Origin: a candidate division FCPU426 bacterium
GTDB lineage: Bacteria > Oederibacteriota > JAAXVQ01 > JAUVAV01
NCBI GenBank assembly: GCA_030637655.1
Contig: DAOWGI010000110.1
Coordinates: 1 to 18,895 of the forward strand
Direction of reading: 5' to 3'
Length of the DNA stretch: 18,895 nucleotides
The translations under genes and the position numbers were made by a program. The notes under the pieces are model-generated. The model saw nothing but the letters and a program-made list of their open reading frames with translations, ran no database searches and was not told the DNA's origin. Each line of letters opens with the position of its first letter. Positions within the stretch are counted from its first letter, which is position 1. Shown piece by piece: positions 7,784 through 16,672 of this stretch.

Positions 7784-8897
7784 AATCACAATAAAGAATA
7801 AAAATCTACTGCTGAAAATACGAGAGCTCATTCTATCAGCCCGCACAGCTGCGGTCCGCAGTGTCAACACCCTGCAAGTGTTGACGAATTTTGAAATTGG
7901 ACGCCTGATTGTGGAACATGAACAGGCAGGCGCGAAGCGTGCGGCATACGGCAAGAAACTGCTTAAGGAGCTCTCGGCCATTTTGACAAAAGAATTCGGA
8001 AAAGGATTTTCTTTAACGAATCTAAAATTAATAAGGCGATTTTTTGTTTTATATTCACCTGTAATTGGCCGGACACTGTCCGACCAATTGGAAAAACTTG
8101 GAAAAGGTCAGACAGCGTCTGACCAATCTCAAATAATGCAAACACCATCGGCACAAATGAAAAAAGGGAATAAATCTTCCGGACTATTTACACTCAGCTG
8201 GTCTCATTATGTTTTTTTGATGGGGCTTGATGATGACCAACAAAGAAGTTTTTATGAGATTGAGACAAGTCAACAGAATTGGTCATTACGTGAATTGAAG
8301 AGGCAGTTTGATTCCGGACTGTATGAACGTTTGGCGTTAAGCAGAGACAAGAAAGGAATTAAGAAATTGGCTCAGGAAGGCCAAGTTGTTTCGAAGCCTG
8401 AAGATGTGTTTAAAGAACCGTATGTGCTGGAATTCTTGGGAATCGATGAAAAAACGAAATATTCCGAATCCGATCTGGAAACCGCCATTATCAATAAACT
8501 TGAACACTTTTTGCTGGAATTGGGCAAAGGATTTCTTTTTGAGGCCCGTCAGAAACGCTTCACCTTTGATGAGGAACACTTTTTCATTGATCTGGTTTTT
8601 TACAACCGGTTGTTGCAGTGCTATGTCCTGATTGACTTGAAGATTGGAAAACTTACGCATCAGGACCTGGGACAAATGCAGATGTACGTGAACTATTTTG
8701 ATCGTCATGTCAAAAAGCAGGATGAACATCCGACAGTGGGCATTATTCTGTGCAAGAAAAAACATGATGTCTTGGTTGAAATTACCCTTCCCAAAGATAC
8801 AGCCATTTATGCCAAAGAATACAAGCTTTATCTGCCATCCAAAGCGGAATTAAGGCGGAAGCTAATTGCCTGGTCAGAGGAAGAGGGCAAGGCATGA
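7776..8897 (+). CDS. yhcG: YhcG/DUF1016 PD-(D/E)xK nuclease family protein
   Basis: LTKEFGKGFS, LSWSHY, FYEIE...WSLRELKRQ, KEPYVLEFL, FLLELGKGF, IDLVFYNRLL, LIDLKIGKLTHQDLGQMQMYVNY, GIILC. Confidence 0.93.
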   Translation: MNKITIKNKNLLLKIRELILSARTAAVRSVNTLQVLTNFEIGRLIVEHEQAGAKRAAYGKKLLKELSAILTKEFGKGFSLTNLKLIRRFFVLYSPVIGRTLSDQLEKLGKGQTASDQSQIMQTPSAQMKKGNKSSGLFTLSWSHYVFLMGLDDDQQRSFYEIETSQQNWSLRELKRQFDSGLYERLALSRDKKGIKKLAQEGQVVSKPEDVFKEPYVLEFLGIDEKTKYSESDLETAIINKLEHFLLELGKGFLFEARQKRFTFDEEHFFIDLVFYNRLLQCYVLIDLKIGKLTHQDLGQMQMYVNYFDRHVKKQDEHPTVGIILCKKKHDVLVEITLPKDTAIYAKEYKLYLPSKAELRRKLIAWSEEEGKA

Positions 8898-9466
8898 TTT
8901 GCAGTCCGGTAATCCGTCAACGCTGTTCGATACGATTACAGGGATACGATTATTCGCAGGCCGGATTATATTTCATCACTATATGTTGCCAAAACCGATT
9001 AAATTTATTCGGTGAAATCAAAAACCATGAAATGATTTTGAATAATGCCGGGGAAATGATTAAATGCCAATGGCTGGAACTGATAAATCGTTTTAATAAT
9101 ATTACATTACATGAATTTGTTGTTATGCCCAATCATTTTCATGGAATCATTGAATCCGTAACAATCGAACAAATTGTAGGGGTGCCCCTTGTGGGTACCC
9201 TAAAAACAAGGGATCAACAACCAATAATGGGGCAACCACAAGGGATTGCCCCTACGCTGGGTGATATGGTGGGGGCATTCAAATCATTAACAACGGATGA
9301 ATATATTCGAAATATTAAACAAAATAAATGGCAGCCATTTTCCGGCAAATTATGGCAACGCAATTATTACGAACACATTATTCGCGACGAACAATCCTAT
9401 TTAAAAACATCCGAATATATCATCAACAATCCGATGAATTGGGAAAAGGACGATTATTATGCCTGA
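8894..9466 (+). mobile_element. REP-associated tyrosine transposase (RAYT, IS200-like Y1 HUH family)
   Basis: SIRLQGYDYSQAGLYFITIC, HUH motif MPNHFHGII, WQRNYYEHIIRD, catalytic Tyr in YIINNP; ATGA overlap with yhcG stop; adjacent GTAG REPs. Confidence 0.92.
9176..9255. repeat. REPIN (inverted REP pair) inside the RAYT coding sequence
   Basis: GTAGGGGTGCCCCTTGTGGGTACCCT...GGGGCAACCACAAGGGATTGCCCCTAC; near-identical to 9492-9572. Confidence 0.9.
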
Positions 9467-9491
9467 ACATTTTTACGCAATCATTTAAATC

Positions 9492-9572
9492 GTAGGGGTG
9501 CCCCTTGTGGGTACCCTAATAAACAAGTGATCAACAAGCAAGCATGGGGCAACCACAAGGGATTGCCCCTAC
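9492..9572. repeat. REPIN copy downstream of RAYT
   Basis: Same arms as 9176-9255; spacer differs by one inserted T and four substitutions. Confidence 0.9.
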
Positions 9573-9574
9573 AA

Positions 9575-9613
9575 AAAATGCAGGGGTTTTTGAAGGAGTT
9601 AGGGTATGAGTGA
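9575..9613 (+). pseudogene. Remnant 3' tail of hsdM (KMQGFLKELGYE*)
   Basis: Resembles the usual HsdM C-terminus (..LKELGY) and overlaps the hsdS start as in hsdM-hsdS coupling; begins right after the REPIN. Confidence 0.65.
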
Positions 9614-10912
9614 GTGGGTCTCTTTAAAATTACGGGAACTCGTTGGCGCGCCAATATCCGGTAGACGGCCTGTTGGTGGCGTTAGCACTGAGACCGAAGG
9701 TGTACCAAGTCTTGGCGGTGAAAACATTCGCGCCGATGGTGGGGTTTCGCTAGAAAATGTCAATCGTGTGCCCGATAAGTTTTATCGGCATATGCCAAAA
9801 GGACGACTGCAAGCACTCGACGTACTTATCAATAAGGATGGGGCGCAAACAGGTAAGGTTGGTATCTATGGGGGTGACTTTCCGGAAGCTGGTGTTAATG
9901 AACATATCTTTATTCTTCGTTCGAATAATGGTTCTATCGATCAACGTCTTCTTTATTACTACCTGCTGTTACCTGATACACAAGCCAAGATATCCCGGCG
10001 AATTACTGGTTCGGCGCAGCCAGGTCTAAATAGCGTATTCGTAGATGCAATTGAAATCAAGATACCGAAAAATGCAACAAATCAACACCGTATCGCCTCA
10101 ATCCTCTCAACCATCGATGAAGCCATCGAACAGACCGAAGCCCTGATTGCAAAGACGCAGCAGATCAAAGCAGGGCTGATGCACGACCTCTTCACTCGAG
10201 GTGTTCTACCCAACGGCCACCTCCGCCCCTCGCACGAGGAAGCGCCAGTGCTTTATAAGGACTCACGTTCTCCACTTGGATGGGTACCGAAGGAGTGGGA
10301 GGTGGCTCCTTTGTCCGAATTCTTGGAAGGGGGGCCTAAGAATGGATATAGCCCACCAGAGGTTTTTGAATGGGATGGCATGTATTCACTTGGACTGGGC
10401 TGTCTGACGGTCGATGGGTTTAGGGCCAAACAACTAAAGATTGTCTCGGCTGTTTCCCAAGCTTGTCACGACGCCGTTGTGAAAGATGGTGATTTTTTGC
10501 TTAGTCGTGCTAACACACAAGAACTCGTTGGACTTTGTGGAATCTTCCGGGATGTAGGTGGGCCATGTATTTATCCGGACCTCATGATGAGATTGAAACC
10601 AAATCGAGGAGTCTCAACTGCGTTTCTCGAACAGCTGCTTCTTAGTCCACTAATGCGTCTCCAAATCACAGCTGCGGCAGTCGGAACGTCCGGGAGCATG
10701 GTCAAGTTAAATTCACGGTCAGTTTTACGATTAATGATTGCTGGTCCTCAAGAGGAAGAACAGCAACAGATTCTTGTGGCATTCAATTACAGCGACAGGA
10801 ACTGGCAGCTCTAGAAAGCGAACTCATCAAGTTCCAGCAACTCAAACATGGTCTCATGCACGACCTCTTAACAGGTCGGGTGCGGGTAACCAAAGAACAG
10901 GAAACGCACTGA
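9606..10912 (+). pseudogene. hsdS: Type I restriction-modification specificity subunit HsdS, frameshift near the 3' end
   Basis: Two TRDs; central conserved helix QHRIASILSTIDEAI...KAGLMHDLFTRG; main frame stops at 10814 while the -1 frame continues QELAALESELIKFQQLKHGLMHDLLTGRVRV...ETH* (TGA 10910-10912). Confidence 0.9.
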
Positions 10913-11751
10913 TGGATATGACAGAACTTAACAAGATAAGACAAGAAATAACTGATAATTTCAACGCCAACCTTGAAGAAGTTAATAAGCTATTGAATTT
11001 TGATACTAATGTTTTAGAAAATGTAATAGAGAAATTAAACGGACTTCATAATATGGCAATTGAGAGATTAAAGCTTCATGAAAATCATGATTTTATGAAA
11101 AAGATGGTAAATACTACAAAAGAAATAGAAAACATTCGGGATCATGGTTCGGTTAATCAATGCTACTATAGCACTATAAATAATCAGTGTGTCGTGCTAC
11201 TGGTGTCACATTTTTCAGCAACCTTACACGATTTGTTTAGAAAAGTGATTGAAGTATATATTAATAATTCATTCACCGAGCATTTGGATGATGTGGCCAA
11301 AATTGAGTTTACGGTTAAGGAACTGATAGATCATAAGCAAGATGAAAAATGTATTGGCGATATAATATTGGATAAAGATAAAACCAAAAGCGTCAACTTT
11401 CAGGATATGAAAAGCACAAAACGGGTATTTGACAGTTGTTTTCAGATTAATTTGTTGAAAAATATAAGTGTGCATGAGGAAAACGTTATATTTGCTCAAA
11501 CGGCAAGGCATAATATTGTTCATAATGGAGCAATTGTTAATCAGCAATTTATCACAAGAATAAAAGCAGCATCAGGTAGAAATCTAAAACAAGATGTAGA
11601 GTTTGAAGATGGGCAGGTACTGAAGTTTAATCAAGATGAAATAGAAATATTAGAGAATAGCATGAAGGAATTTGTGAGTGACATTTTTAATAAAATAGAG
11701 GTGTATTTTAAAAATAAAAAAGAAACTGCTTCGGTGATTTGTGATGATTAA
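10912..11751 (+). CDS. Hypothetical protein with HEPN-like RxxxxH motif (putative RNase), 279 aa
   Basis: ATG overlaps the restored hsdS stop (TGATG); helical-looking sequence with RHNIVHNG near the C-terminus; AT-rich (17/60 G+C in 11041-11100). Confidence 0.65.
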   Translation: MDMTELNKIRQEITDNFNANLEEVNKLLNFDTNVLENVIEKLNGLHNMAIERLKLHENHDFMKKMVNTTKEIENIRDHGSVNQCYYSTINNQCVVLLVSHFSATLHDLFRKVIEVYINNSFTEHLDDVAKIEFTVKELIDHKQDEKCIGDIILDKDKTKSVNFQDMKSTKRVFDSCFQINLLKNISVHEENVIFAQTARHNIVHNGAIVNQQFITRIKAASGRNLKQDVEFEDGQVLKFNQDEIEILENSMKEFVSDIFNKIEVYFKNKKETASVICDD

Positions 11752-11772
11752 AAAGATAAAAATCATTTTGCG

Positions 11773-11838
11773 TACCACCACGTTGAAAAACCATTCCTTG
11801 ACCAGTTTTCAGAATTGGGCAGGAAGGTCATTGTACAG
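11773..11838 (+). repeat. Degenerate duplicate of the hsdR 5' end
   Basis: 11778-11805 is identical (28 bp) to 13432-13459; translates YHHVEKPFLDQFSELGRKVIVQ versus HsdR YLHVEKPFLDQLSALGWTVIDQ; no start codon. Confidence 0.92.
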
Positions 11839-11876
11839 AGACTAAATTTTATTCTTTTTAAATCAGGAGACCGGAA

Positions 11877-13421
11877 ATGACCACTAAGCTACCAATCAAC
11901 CTCTCAGCCCTTCTCCGCCAACGCACTGTCGAAGGTGAGCGGATTGAATATAAAAAGGGCTGGAATCCTGATGCAATCATCAGAACGATTTGTGCCTTTG
12001 CCAATGATTTCGAAAATCTGGGCGGTGGGTATGTGGTTATCGGGCAGGATTGCGGAACAGACGGTCGGCCCGTTTTTCCGCCTGTTGGTTTAAAAGACAA
12101 TCAACTCGACAAGATTCAACGCGAGTTGCTCCAGGCCTGCAATTTGATTGAGCCGTCCTATTTCCCGGTCCTTAGTGCGGAGCGTTTTGAGGGAAAGAAT
12201 ATTATCGTACTCTGGGCGCCGGGCGGACAGAATCGTCCTTACAAAGCACCAAAAGCTGTTACAGCCAAAACCAAGGAGTATCGCTACTACATCCGCCGCT
12301 ATTCAAGCACAATTGAGGCGCGTAACCAGGATGAGCGCGAGTTGCTGAGTTTGGCTGCCAATGTTCCTTTTGACGACCGTTACTATCAAGCAGCCAAGCC
12401 GGATGACCTGTCACCACGGCTGATGCAGGAATTTTTAAGTGAAGTAGGCAGCAATCTTGCGGATGAGGCCAAAAATCTCTCGACCGTTGACCTGGGCCGG
12501 CAGATGAATGTTGTGGGCGGTCCTGCGGAAGCTGCTTTTCCGAAAAATGTCGGTTTGCTGTTTTTTAACGAACAGCCGTATAAATATTTTCCAGCAACAC
12601 AGATTGATGTAGTGTGGTTTCCGGAAGGTGCGGGCGGAGACCGTTTTGACGAGAAAAGCTTTAAAGGGCCTCTTGCCCGCATAACCCGTGAGGCGCTTGA
12701 TTACATTGAGCGTAATTATCTCAAGGAAACTGTTATCAAGCACCCGGACCGGGCTGAAGCAGAGCGTTTATGGAACTTTCCCTATGCTGCTATTGAAGAA
12801 GCAGTGGTTAATGCGGTTTACCATCGTTCCTATGAGGAACGGGAGCCTATTGAAGTACGGATCACTCCGGAAGATATGGTTGTGTTAAGCTTTCCCGGTC
12901 CTGATCGTTCCATAAAAATGAAAGACCTTAGGATTGGTAAGGCAGTCAGCCGCCGCTATCGCAACCGGCGAATAGGGGAGTTTCTCAAAGAGCTGGATCT
13001 TACAGAAGGACGTTCTACCGGAATACCGAAGATATTAAAGATTATGAGTGCCAATGGATCACCGAAACCTGAATTTGAAACGGATGAGGACAGAACCTAT
13101 TTTTTAATACGGCTTCCGGTCCATAAACATGCAGCGCAGGAAGTTGCGTCAAAAGGTAATAACCAAGCACCCCTCAAGTACCCCTCAAGTACCCCTCAAG
13201 TCACAAAGTTTATACAGACGATCAAAGGGGAAATGAGTCGGGAGGAATTGATGAAAAAACTGGGATTAAAGGACAGGATGCATTTTTCCAGAGAATATCT
13301 GCAACCAGCATTATCCGAAGGAATGATTGAAATGACGATTCCCGACAAACCCCAAAGCAGTAAACAGCAGTACCGGTTAACTGAGAAGGGACGGCAAATA
13401 GTCCAAGAGGCTGCGGAATGA
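11877..13421 (+). CDS. Schlafen/AlbA_2 domain protein with HATPase_c_4 (RecG-C-like) domain and C-terminal winged HTH
   Basis: EGERIEYK...TICAFAN...GGGYVVIG (AlbA_2); EEAVVNAVYHRSY, YRNRRI, EGRSTGI (HATPase-like); YLQPAL..G.IEMTIPDKP.S.KQ.YRLT C-terminal HTH. Confidence 0.88.
   Translation: MTTKLPINLSALLRQRTVEGERIEYKKGWNPDAIIRTICAFANDFENLGGGYVVIGQDCGTDGRPVFPPVGLKDNQLDKIQRELLQACNLIEPSYFPVLSAERFEGKNIIVLWAPGGQNRPYKAPKAVTAKTKEYRYYIRRYSSTIEARNQDERELLSLAANVPFDDRYYQAAKPDDLSPRLMQEFLSEVGSNLADEAKNLSTVDLGRQMNVVGGPAEAAFPKNVGLLFFNEQPYKYFPATQIDVVWFPEGAGGDRFDEKSFKGPLARITREALDYIERNYLKETVIKHPDRAEAERLWNFPYAAIEEAVVNAVYHRSYEEREPIEVRITPEDMVVLSFPGPDRSIKMKDLRIGKAVSRRYRNRRIGEFLKELDLTEGRSTGIPKILKIMSANGSPKPEFETDEDRTYFLIRLPVHKHAAQEVASKGNNQAPLKYPSSTPQVTKFIQTIKGEMSREELMKKLGLKDRMHFSREYLQPALSEGMIEMTIPDKPQSSKQQYRLTEKGRQIVQEAAE
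13164..13201 (+). repeat. 11-bp tandem repeat, about 3.5 copies, inside the Schlafen gene linker
   Basis: CAAGCACCCCT CAAGTACCCCT CAAGTACCCCT CAAGT. Confidence 0.9.
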
Positions 13422-16400
13422 GCGAATACCTCCACGTTGAAAAACCATTCCTTGACCAGCTTTCAGCTCTTGGCTGGACGGTAATTGATCAAGGCCAGGG
13501 GATTATTCCGACTGATCCTACCAAAAGTCTGCGCTCAAATTTTCGGGAATGGATTTTGCCGGATGTTTTTCAAGAGGCGGTACAGTCAATTAATCTACTG
13601 CCCAAGGGCAAGTCTTGGCTAACGGAGCGGCAGCTTGATGATCTGCGTGATCAAATTCTCAGACTGCCAAACCGGACACTGCTTGAAGCCAATGAGAATG
13701 TGCAAAACCTATTTTTTAAGGCACAGGTTGGTGTCAATGAAATAACCGGCGAAGACGATCCGGTAGTAAAGCTAATTGACTTTGAGCATCCGGAGAAAAA
13801 TCAATTCCATACTATCAACCAATTTCGCATTGATACACCGGGGTGCGTGAAAAGCTTTATTATTCCTGACATTGTGCTTTTTGTAAATGGAATGCCTTTG
13901 GTTGTGGTAGAAGCCAAGATCGGTGATCCGAATACAGCCAATCCTTTACATGAAGCTTTTGTACAACTTTTGCGTTATCGGGATGGACGATCAGAAACTC
14001 AAAAGGCCGGACTGAGAGAAGGGGAACCGCGACTATTTTATACAAATCTGCTATTAGTTCGTACTTGTGGAGAAAAGGCGGAATTCGGAACTATTACCTC
14101 CGGTCATGAACACTTTTATGCCTGGAAAGATATCCGGCTGGAGAGCAAACAGAAATATAAACCACCTTTAGGTATTGAACGCGAGCAGGAAAAATTAGTG
14201 CAGGGATTGTTTTCACCTGCGATCTTGCTTGATGTGCTTCGTACCTGCGCGGTTTTTAAAGATACGGATGACGGCTGTCGTATAAAAGTCGTATGCCGAT
14301 ACCAACAATACCGTGCAGCCAGGAAAATTGTTGAACGGTTGCGTACAGGCAAGACTTCGGAATTACGGTCCGGTGTGATCTGGCACACGCAAGGTTCGGG
14401 CAAGTCCTTGACTATGGTGTTTGTTGCCCGAATGCTGAGAGCGTCAACTGATCTATCTGATATTAAAATAGTACTGGTCAATGACCGGGTGGATCTGGAA
14501 GAACAACTTGCAAGAACAGCCAAGCTGATAGGCGGCAAAATCAATGTTATAGAAAGTAAAGATCAGCTTTGGGAAGACCTGAGTACTGATGCTTCGAATG
14601 TTAATATGGTGATGGTGCATAAATTCAATGAGCAAGAGGAAGAGATTCCCATGATGGTCGCCGAGGCGGTGGCAACGTATAACGGTATCCCTGCAAGCGA
14701 TACTTTTGGTGTTGTGAATTACTCTGATCGCATCTTACTCATGATAGATGAGGCGCACCGTACCCAGGGCTCGGATTTGGGAGATAACCTTTTTGAGGCT
14801 TTTCCCAATGCCACGCGCATTGCCTTTACCGGCACTCCGCTGATTACCGAACAGCATGGAACCAGAAGAACTGTAAAACGTTTCGGTGAATATATTGATA
14901 TGTATAAGTTAATGGATGCGGTTAATGACAATGCCACCTTGCAGATTCTTTACGAAGGAAGGACTGCTGATACGGCGTTGCAGGACAAGCACGGATTTGA
15001 TACCAAGTTTGAGGATCTTTTTAAGGAACGAAGTGAAGAAGAAATTCTGGCTATCAAGAAAAAATACGGCGCTACCGGGGATATCCTGGAAGCAGAGAAG
15101 CGTATTGAGGCCATTGCCCGTGATCTGGTTAATCACTATATTGATAACATTTTGCCTGATGGGTTTAAAGCACAGGAGGTTTGCCATTCCAAGCTGGCGG
15201 CAATTAGATATCAAAAAGCCATCCGGGAAGCTTTACTTGAGAGACTGGATCAAGAAAAAGTCAAACCAGAACCTGATCTGGAGCTTATCCGTAAAATTGC
15301 TTTTCTAAAAGCCGTGGTGGTGATTTCTTCTGATCCAACCAACGAACCCGCAATAATCACAATAGCCCGTAAGCAAGCCAGGCACTGGAATGCAGTTGAG
15401 AATTTTTGTAAACCTTTTGACTTCAATGATCCTGACAAAGTACTCACTGGCATTGCCATTTTAATAGTCTGTGATATGTTGATTACAGGATTCGACGCAC
15501 CCATTGAGCAGGTTATGTACATAGATAAGAAACTTAAAGAACACAGCCTGCTGCAAGCCATTGCGCGTGTCAATAGGGTAAATACAAACAAACATCGTGG
15601 GTTTATTGTGGATTATATAGGACTGGCCAATCATCTTGCTTACGCGCTGTCAATTTACACAAAAGAAGATGCTCAAGATATTAAAGAGGGACTAAAGAAT
15701 ATTCTGAGTGAGATTCCCATACTGGAAGAACGTTATCAACGCTTGATCCAACATTTCCAATCAAATGGAGTTAGTGATATAAAAGCCTTTGTAAAGGGTT
15801 CGTTAAGCACGCCAGAGGCGGAGGTGGCGGTGCTGCACAAGTCTGTTGCCGCACTAAAGGAGATCAAACCACGGGCTGATTTTGAAGTGTATTTGAAGAA
15901 ATTTTTGCAAAGCTTAAATCTTATTTTACCCAATCCTGCCGGACATTCATTTCGCGGCCCAGCCAGGCGCTTTGGTTATATTCTTCGCATGGTCAAGGAA
16001 AGGTATAAAGATGAATCACTGAATATTGCAGATGCAGGCGCCAAGGTGAAAGCGCTGATTAATGAGCATCTTATTGATTTAGGCATCGATCCCAAAATAC
16101 CACCCATTGAATTGTTGTCCGAAGCATTTCTGGAACATGTGCAGAAACACTCGGACGGCAACCCGGAAGCTAAAGCCAGCGAAATGGAGCATGCCATTCG
16201 CAAACACTGTACAATCCACTTTGACGAAGACCCGGCATTTTATAAGCGGCTTAGCGAGAAGCTCGAAAAGCTGATTCAGGAACATCACAATAACTGGAAC
16301 GCGCTTGCTGAGGGTTATGAACAATTGAGGAAAGAAGCAATGGAAGGAAGAACCGCGACCGTTGAGGGTCTTGATAAAGAGGCTGTGATATTTTATGATT

Positions 16401-16672
16401 ATATTATTCAATTGGCTTTTCATGGAGATGAAATTCCGGAAGAAAAAAGCAGGTCCCTGAAAAAACTAATGCAGCGCATTGTAGAGATGCTGCAAGATAC
16501 AATCGGTGTTCTTGATTTCTGGAAAAAATCGATTGAAGTGAAGAAACTGCGCGGCAATATTGACACTGAGATATTATTGGCTGATATTCCGGAATTTAAT
16601 GAAAAACATGAACGCCTTGCGGTTGAGATTGTTAAACTGGCTGAAAAAAGACACAAGGAGTTAATCAAGTGA
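13418..16672 (+). CDS. hsdR: Type I restriction endonuclease subunit R
   Basis: PDIVLFVNGMPLVVVEAK nuclease motif, RYQQY, GVIWHTQGSGKS Walker A, IDEAHR, AFTGTP, MLITGFDAP, LLQAIARVNR; 1084 aa, uninterrupted. Confidence 0.97.
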   Translation: MSEYLHVEKPFLDQLSALGWTVIDQGQGIIPTDPTKSLRSNFREWILPDVFQEAVQSINLLPKGKSWLTERQLDDLRDQILRLPNRTLLEANENVQNLFFKAQVGVNEITGEDDPVVKLIDFEHPEKNQFHTINQFRIDTPGCVKSFIIPDIVLFVNGMPLVVVEAKIGDPNTANPLHEAFVQLLRYRDGRSETQKAGLREGEPRLFYTNLLLVRTCGEKAEFGTITSGHEHFYAWKDIRLESKQKYKPPLGIEREQEKLVQGLFSPAILLDVLRTCAVFKDTDDGCRIKVVCRYQQYRAARKIVERLRTGKTSELRSGVIWHTQGSGKSLTMVFVARMLRASTDLSDIKIVLVNDRVDLEEQLARTAKLIGGKINVIESKDQLWEDLSTDASNVNMVMVHKFNEQEEEIPMMVAEAVATYNGIPASDTFGVVNYSDRILLMIDEAHRTQGSDLGDNLFEAFPNATRIAFTGTPLITEQHGTRRTVKRFGEYIDMYKLMDAVNDNATLQILYEGRTADTALQDKHGFDTKFEDLFKERSEEEILAIKKKYGATGDILEAEKRIEAIARDLVNHYIDNILPDGFKAQEVCHSKLAAIRYQKAIREALLERLDQEKVKPEPDLELIRKIAFLKAVVVISSDPTNEPAIITIARKQARHWNAVENFCKPFDFNDPDKVLTGIAILIVCDMLITGFDAPIEQVMYIDKKLKEHSLLQAIARVNRVNTNKHRGFIVDYIGLANHLAYALSIYTKEDAQDIKEGLKNILSEIPILEERYQRLIQHFQSNGVSDIKAFVKGSLSTPEAEVAVLHKSVAALKEIKPRADFEVYLKKFLQSLNLILPNPAGHSFRGPARRFGYILRMVKERYKDESLNIADAGAKVKALINEHLIDLGIDPKIPPIELLSEAFLEHVQKHSDGNPEAKASEMEHAIRKHCTIHFDEDPAFYKRLSEKLEKLIQEHHNNWNALAEGYEQLRKEAMEGRTATVEGLDKEAVIFYDYIIQLAFHGDEIPEEKSRSLKKLMQRIVEMLQDTIGVLDFWKKSIEVKKLRGNIDTEILLADIPEFNEKHERLAVEIVKLAEKRHKELIK

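Noticed and set aside
8894-9466. IS200/IS605 insertion sequence with tnpB
   Set aside because: No tnpB; the sequence features and GTAG REPINs fit a RAYT rather than a classical IS200 TnpA
10738-10911. N-terminal extension of the 337-aa ORF
   Set aside because: It overlaps the true hsdS 3' end; the ATG at 10912 coupled to the hsdS stop is the better start
9606-10912. Phase-variable hsdS shufflon
   Set aside because: No second hsdS or TRD copy, no inverted repeats and no intact recombinase nearby; the internal ATGCACGACCTCTT repeat is the normal HsdS conserved region
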